A stretch of DNA of 64,000 nucleotides from assembly GCF_009914755.1 (NCBI RefSeq), contig NC_060928.1. One strand, written 5' to 3'. The notes beneath the pieces were generated by a model that did no database searches, was not told the DNA's origin, and saw only the letters and a program-made list of their open reading frames with translations. The position numbers and the translations under genes are program-made. Position 1 is the stretch's first letter; each line of letters starts with the position of its first letter. This DNA is from the human T2T-CHM13v2.0 reference genome, Homo sapiens. Below, one piece after another: positions 59,526 to 64,000 of the stretch.

Positions 59526-62419
59526 ATGCTTCAGTGCATGCATTGAACATGGTCTGTGTAATCTGTATTTTCAGAAACTAACCCTCCATCATGTTGACGT
59601 TTGCTAATTTTAAATCATGCTGCAAATGAATGGTTCAGATTGGAACACCTGCTATCATTTTTTAAGAAAATGACTATCATTTGATTTACAAGAACATTTT
59701 ATCTTAATAAGTTCAGTTCAGCATTTATTAGCATGTATTAGTCTGAAATTCCCTTCACAGAAAATCATATTTGATTTTTTTTTCTCAGATGTCAGAGTAG
59801 TAACCATATTATTCTCAAATGCTATACTCAGTAGGATCATGAAACTCAGTGATTTTCATTATTTTCTCAGGAGTATTGTAAAAATTGTAAGATTTAAAAA
59901 TAAGTAAAAGACTATAATTTCACTCAAGCAAATGCAAACCTTATGACATCATATTTATGTATTATATAATATGTTCTATATTATGTAAATACAATAACTT
60001 CATTTTCCAGGCAATAAGCATATGTTAAACCACATTTCCTATTTCATATATTTTTAAAAACCATATAACATGAAATATTATAGGAGAGTTTCCAAAAACA
60101 GACGTGAATACCATAGCACAAACACAAAATAATTTTTATTTTTTAAAAAGTTATATTTGGTGCATTAGACATTGAACAAAAGCTTATGAAAACTTCACAG
60201 AACTCATGCTCACGATCATCCAGTGAGCATTTGTGAAACACGCCACTATAACAGATTTTTAAAGGGAGGGAAAATAAGGGAATATTTGACCACTGCTCTT
60301 ACTATGTAGTTTGATGGCAAGGTATAGGCACAGGAGAAAGTGCTCAGTACTATGCTATTCTTGGAGAAAATTAGTAATTGAATATAAAATTCTATATTTG
60401 TTTAGGGAAATTAAACATTATTTTCTTTGAGGAAGACACCTGAATAAAAGTGGTAGTTGAGTTGAAGATGTGCATGATTTGAATAGAAGGAAGGTTGCAG
60501 AGTGGACGAACTACATAAGCAAACTTGGCATCAGAAATGAAAAGATGTATGAAGTTCTATTCTTTGAAAATTATATTGTTACTTGCTATCTACCCAGATT
60601 TTCTGGTTTTATATCTCTGAAAAGAAAATTGTGTTAAATAGAGAAAAATTATCACTGTTGCCCTTAAATTGAACTAAATGTAACCTACTGATATTTTCCT
60701 TCTTTAAACCTCGTTGAAAGAAGACCATCCAACAATTCACTTTATGGCATTCATACTTCATAATGAATATCATTGTTTCCATATCATCATTTATTTTGAC
60801 ACAGCTTGAAATGTCCTAAGCTGTGTGTTTTGAAGTTGTATATTTTCTGAGCTGGAAATCTCAGAAATTATGAATGGCTTCTGAAGTATGGTAAAAATAA
60901 CGCTATGATTTTTAGGTTCTTTTGTGTCTCCTAAATATGTTTCTCTGCACAGTGGTTCTAGAAAGCTGTGCTATATAAGAAAATTTCACAAAGTAAAACA
61001 GTTGCCTCCTCTTTTCAATATTCTCCTTTAAAGAGACTGATTTTTTTTCTCATTGTTTAGCGTTTTCAATAGTAGCATTGTTTACAGTATAGCATAATCT
61101 TAAAATTGGTTGCCCTTTAAGTGGTATCAACAAATAAGTACTCTAAACTTTGTTTCATTTTATAAAGAATTTTAATGGGTCTTTCACAATATGCATCTAA
61201 CTTATGAATCAATACACATATTCTCTAAACAGCATGAGGGCAGGGAGTGTAAGAATGCATGTATGTTATCTTTGCAGGGGTCTTTGACATATATTGGAAT
61301 TTTACAAGTGGTCCAGGTATAGAGAGGGAACCTTTAGAAATCATGTTTCTACTCTAAACTTTTAAGAGCATCCTAAAATACAGTGCTTTGTGGGTACAAG
61401 TAGTTCAAGGATAAATAGAGGAGTAATTTGCCATTTGTACCAAATTAAATCAGACTTTCAGTTCAATCAAAACAGCTTGCAGCTGGATGCAATAATCTGA
61501 TTTCCTGACACTCAGAGAAAAATTGAAGCCCTCCAAAAGGCCCCTGCTGATCTTCAACATGAAATACAGTTTGCTGGCAATTTTACTCAACCTCTGAATG
61601 CCTTCACATTTAATAAGCTAAAAAAATGCAAATAAAGCATAACGTTAGTTGGCAATGGCTCTCAGGTAGTGTTTTATTACAACTAAATGAAACACACAGC
61701 ACAATGCCTCCAAAGGATCATGCTCTTGTTCTTTCTCAAAGTAGCTATTTTGCTAAATATGTCATCAGATGAATCTCTGTATTAGTGTCCTGGGAGTGCT
61801 GTTTTGACATTGGATGTGTGTTGAAAACATAATAAAAGGCTTCAGAGAATAAATGCTAGAATTTTGTATGTACAACTTGCTATTTTCCTGGGAAGGTAAT
61901 GAGACAGATAAAAAATAAATCCTTGAGTATCTATTAACTGTTGATTATTCGAGATAGTGAGGATCCAAACCTACAGATATATTCAGTTCTGGAAAATTAG
62001 ATCAATTTATGACATTTTGCATTTATCTCTAGTTTTTACCACACAAACTGATATATGCAGGTCTTTCAGCATGTTGAATGGACTTTCCAGAATTGAAAAC
62101 TGCTGAATTAAGGACAAAGAAGCAGAAAGTGATGCATTTTCTCAGGAAAGCACCTTGCATTTGAAAGCTGACACTCTCTTGCGGCCTCATTACGAGGCGT
62201 CAAATCTGACCCTGCTTCCTTTATCACAAATCTTATCCCCTTCTTAATAAACATACAATTTAGGGGAGCAGAGAGAGTCAAAAGAAGGACATTGTCTAGA
62301 TTATAAATCCTCAGCATCGGATGATTTTCCCTCCTTTCCTGTGGGGCAGGAAAAGAGGTGCTCAGCCCATTTCCAGTCATGATCCTACAGTGAACAGAGG
62401 ACACACTCGTGTAGTGGAA

Positions 62420-62840
62420 CCGAGGAGGGATTTGCGAAGGGATTATTTACAAAGGTGTGAACAGAGTTAAGGAAAGCCAAAAGGCACAGAGAAGCATCCA
62501 GCTATAGCAACAGTGGGAAGCTGCAACCACCATTAGCAAGGGGAGGAAATGGTTACTAGACCCAGTGAGAGTTGCAGCTGCAGAGGAGGGCAGCCTGGCA
62601 GGACCTTTTTCTGAATAAGAATGCAGTCCCCGGCAGTCCATGGCCCAGTATGACTCAAGGAAACAGATACCGCAACATCTTTCTCCCAACTCCGGTCTCC
62701 CACCAGTGCCTCCCAGCCAGAAGCCAGGGAGCAAAAGAGTTCCTTGGAGCAGCATATAGAGGTCAGCATTCTGGGGACCCAGAGCAGAGAGAGGAGCTGG
62801 GAATGGATCTGGAGGGGCAAGCAGAGACTATCCAGAGCTC
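62420..62840 (-). mobile_element. LTR33-like ERVL LTR
   Basis: gggattatttacaaaggtgtg...agaagccaggg...gaggtcagc...tggatctggaggggcaa...tatccag. Confidence 0.78.
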
Positions 62841-63260
62841 TAGGATGGCAGGGGCACTCCACTAGAGGGATCTCGAAGACGGGCCTTGGGATTTCATTCC
62901 CTGATTGGAATCTTCCTGAGCTGCTGTGCTGGTGGAAAAGCAGTGCAAAAGGTGACCCAACCCTCACTCTCCTCCAAATCCTTTGGTCTAAACCCAGGGT
63001 AATGCTGGGGAGGGGAAGAAGATGAGCATTAAATTGAATATGGTGTTTGATATACTATTGAAGTGTTAAACCGTATCGAATTGGATTGGAATTTTTATTA
63101 ACTAAAAGTGAATGGGAAGCTTTAGGACCTATTTAGGTTGCCATTAAGGGGATAAGATACAGTGATTCAACAGAGCATGGTGTTAGTCAATGGTTGTAAA
63201 AAAGGAAAATCATTACCTGTTTGTATTTTACTGAGTTAATACTCTTCAATAAACTAATTA
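62840..63260 (+). mobile_element. Ancient LTR remnant (LTR79-like, tentative)
   Basis: attcaacagagca...actgagtt...ttcaataaac...ttac 3' end resembles recalled old LTR consensus. Confidence 0.4.
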
Positions 63261-63739
63261 CCTAGGAAAACTTGGGAATAATAGCATGAGTGTACAATTT
63301 ATGTGACAAATTACAATTTATATGCTTGTGATCTAATTGTGGCAGCCCTCCAAAGATGTAACTGCATATTCTTGACTCTGAATTGTTAGATGAAAAACTA
63401 GGAACAATATTGCTTTTCTTAAAATCCTATTGTGAAATTTTTATTCTGAAGTTAAGGAATACTTCTTCTTTTCTCAGGAAGTCTTAGGTCAAATTGCCCT
63501 TAAGTATAGAAATTCTTATTAAAATCTATAGCTTTTAAAATCCTGACTATCAAAGAATTTTACATTGCTTTAAATATTTCTATTTTGCCATGCACCTCAT
63601 CACTATATGTTATTTATTTTCAAGCAATAACAAACTGGTGACCATCTAGTGGAAGAATCAAGAGGCTCTGAATTCCTCTTCAGAGACTTCTTAGCACCCT
63701 GAAAATTATCTTCCTAATCCAAGGTGAGCTCTTTGGAGT

Positions 63740-63975
63740 TAAGTGGGATCATTCACTGGGCACCATAGTCAATAGTTTTGCTCATGTGACTACTATCTTC
63801 TTCCAGGCACTGGGAAAATGGAACTTCGTGCCCTCTGTGGTTGAGTAGGGCCATGCAACTAGTTTGGGCCAATAAGTTGTGATTTAGCTCGTACTTGTAA
63901 TTTTCAGGACCAAGTATCTCCCCTTAAGAGTCTGGAGTTGTTACTGTTGCATACTTTACCCTTTCTGACTAATAT
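63740..63975 (+). mobile_element. MLT1H/I/J-like LTR remnant
   Basis: gggccatgcaactagtttgggccaat and ttgttactgttgcat...ctgactaatata. Confidence 0.55.
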
Positions 63976-64000
63976 ACTGGGCAAGATGAAGTGTACAGGT

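Noticed and set aside
62447-63025. Overlapping 93-144 aa ORFs
   Set aside because: They fall in LTR33-like or older LTR sequence with no domain signature.
63637-63654. CTCF-like motif on the minus strand (CCACTAGATGGTC)
   Set aside because: Partial match only; cannot be supported without PWM scoring or ChIP data.

Overview
Primate (human-like) AT-rich genomic DNA, probably intronic or intergenic, and heavily interspersed with repeats. These include Alu/FAM/FLAM, L1 copies of several ages, L2, MIR, solo LTRs (THE1, MST/MLT, ERV1-class, LTR33) and DNA-transposon fossils (MER20, MER5, MER6, Tigger4, MER102). No intact protein-coding gene can be supported: the long ORFs in the track are decayed L1 ORF1/ORF2 pieces or Alu/LTR read-through. 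There is no CRISPR or prokaryote-type system, and I cannot support a claim of a wholly new biological system. The best non-trivial signals are: (i) a 202-bp perfectly identical tract between two otherwise about 7%-diverged, inverted L1PA copies (likely gene conversion); (ii) a TSD-bounded, twin-primed L1PB carrying a non-L1 3' tail (3' transduction); (iii) one MER102 hit by a 30-bp minisatellite and two 5'-inverted L1s; (iv) a candidate spliced transcript next to a MER20 (31.7-32.8 kb). Repeat family names come from recalled consensus motifs, not from a database search. Boundaries of old repeats are approximate.
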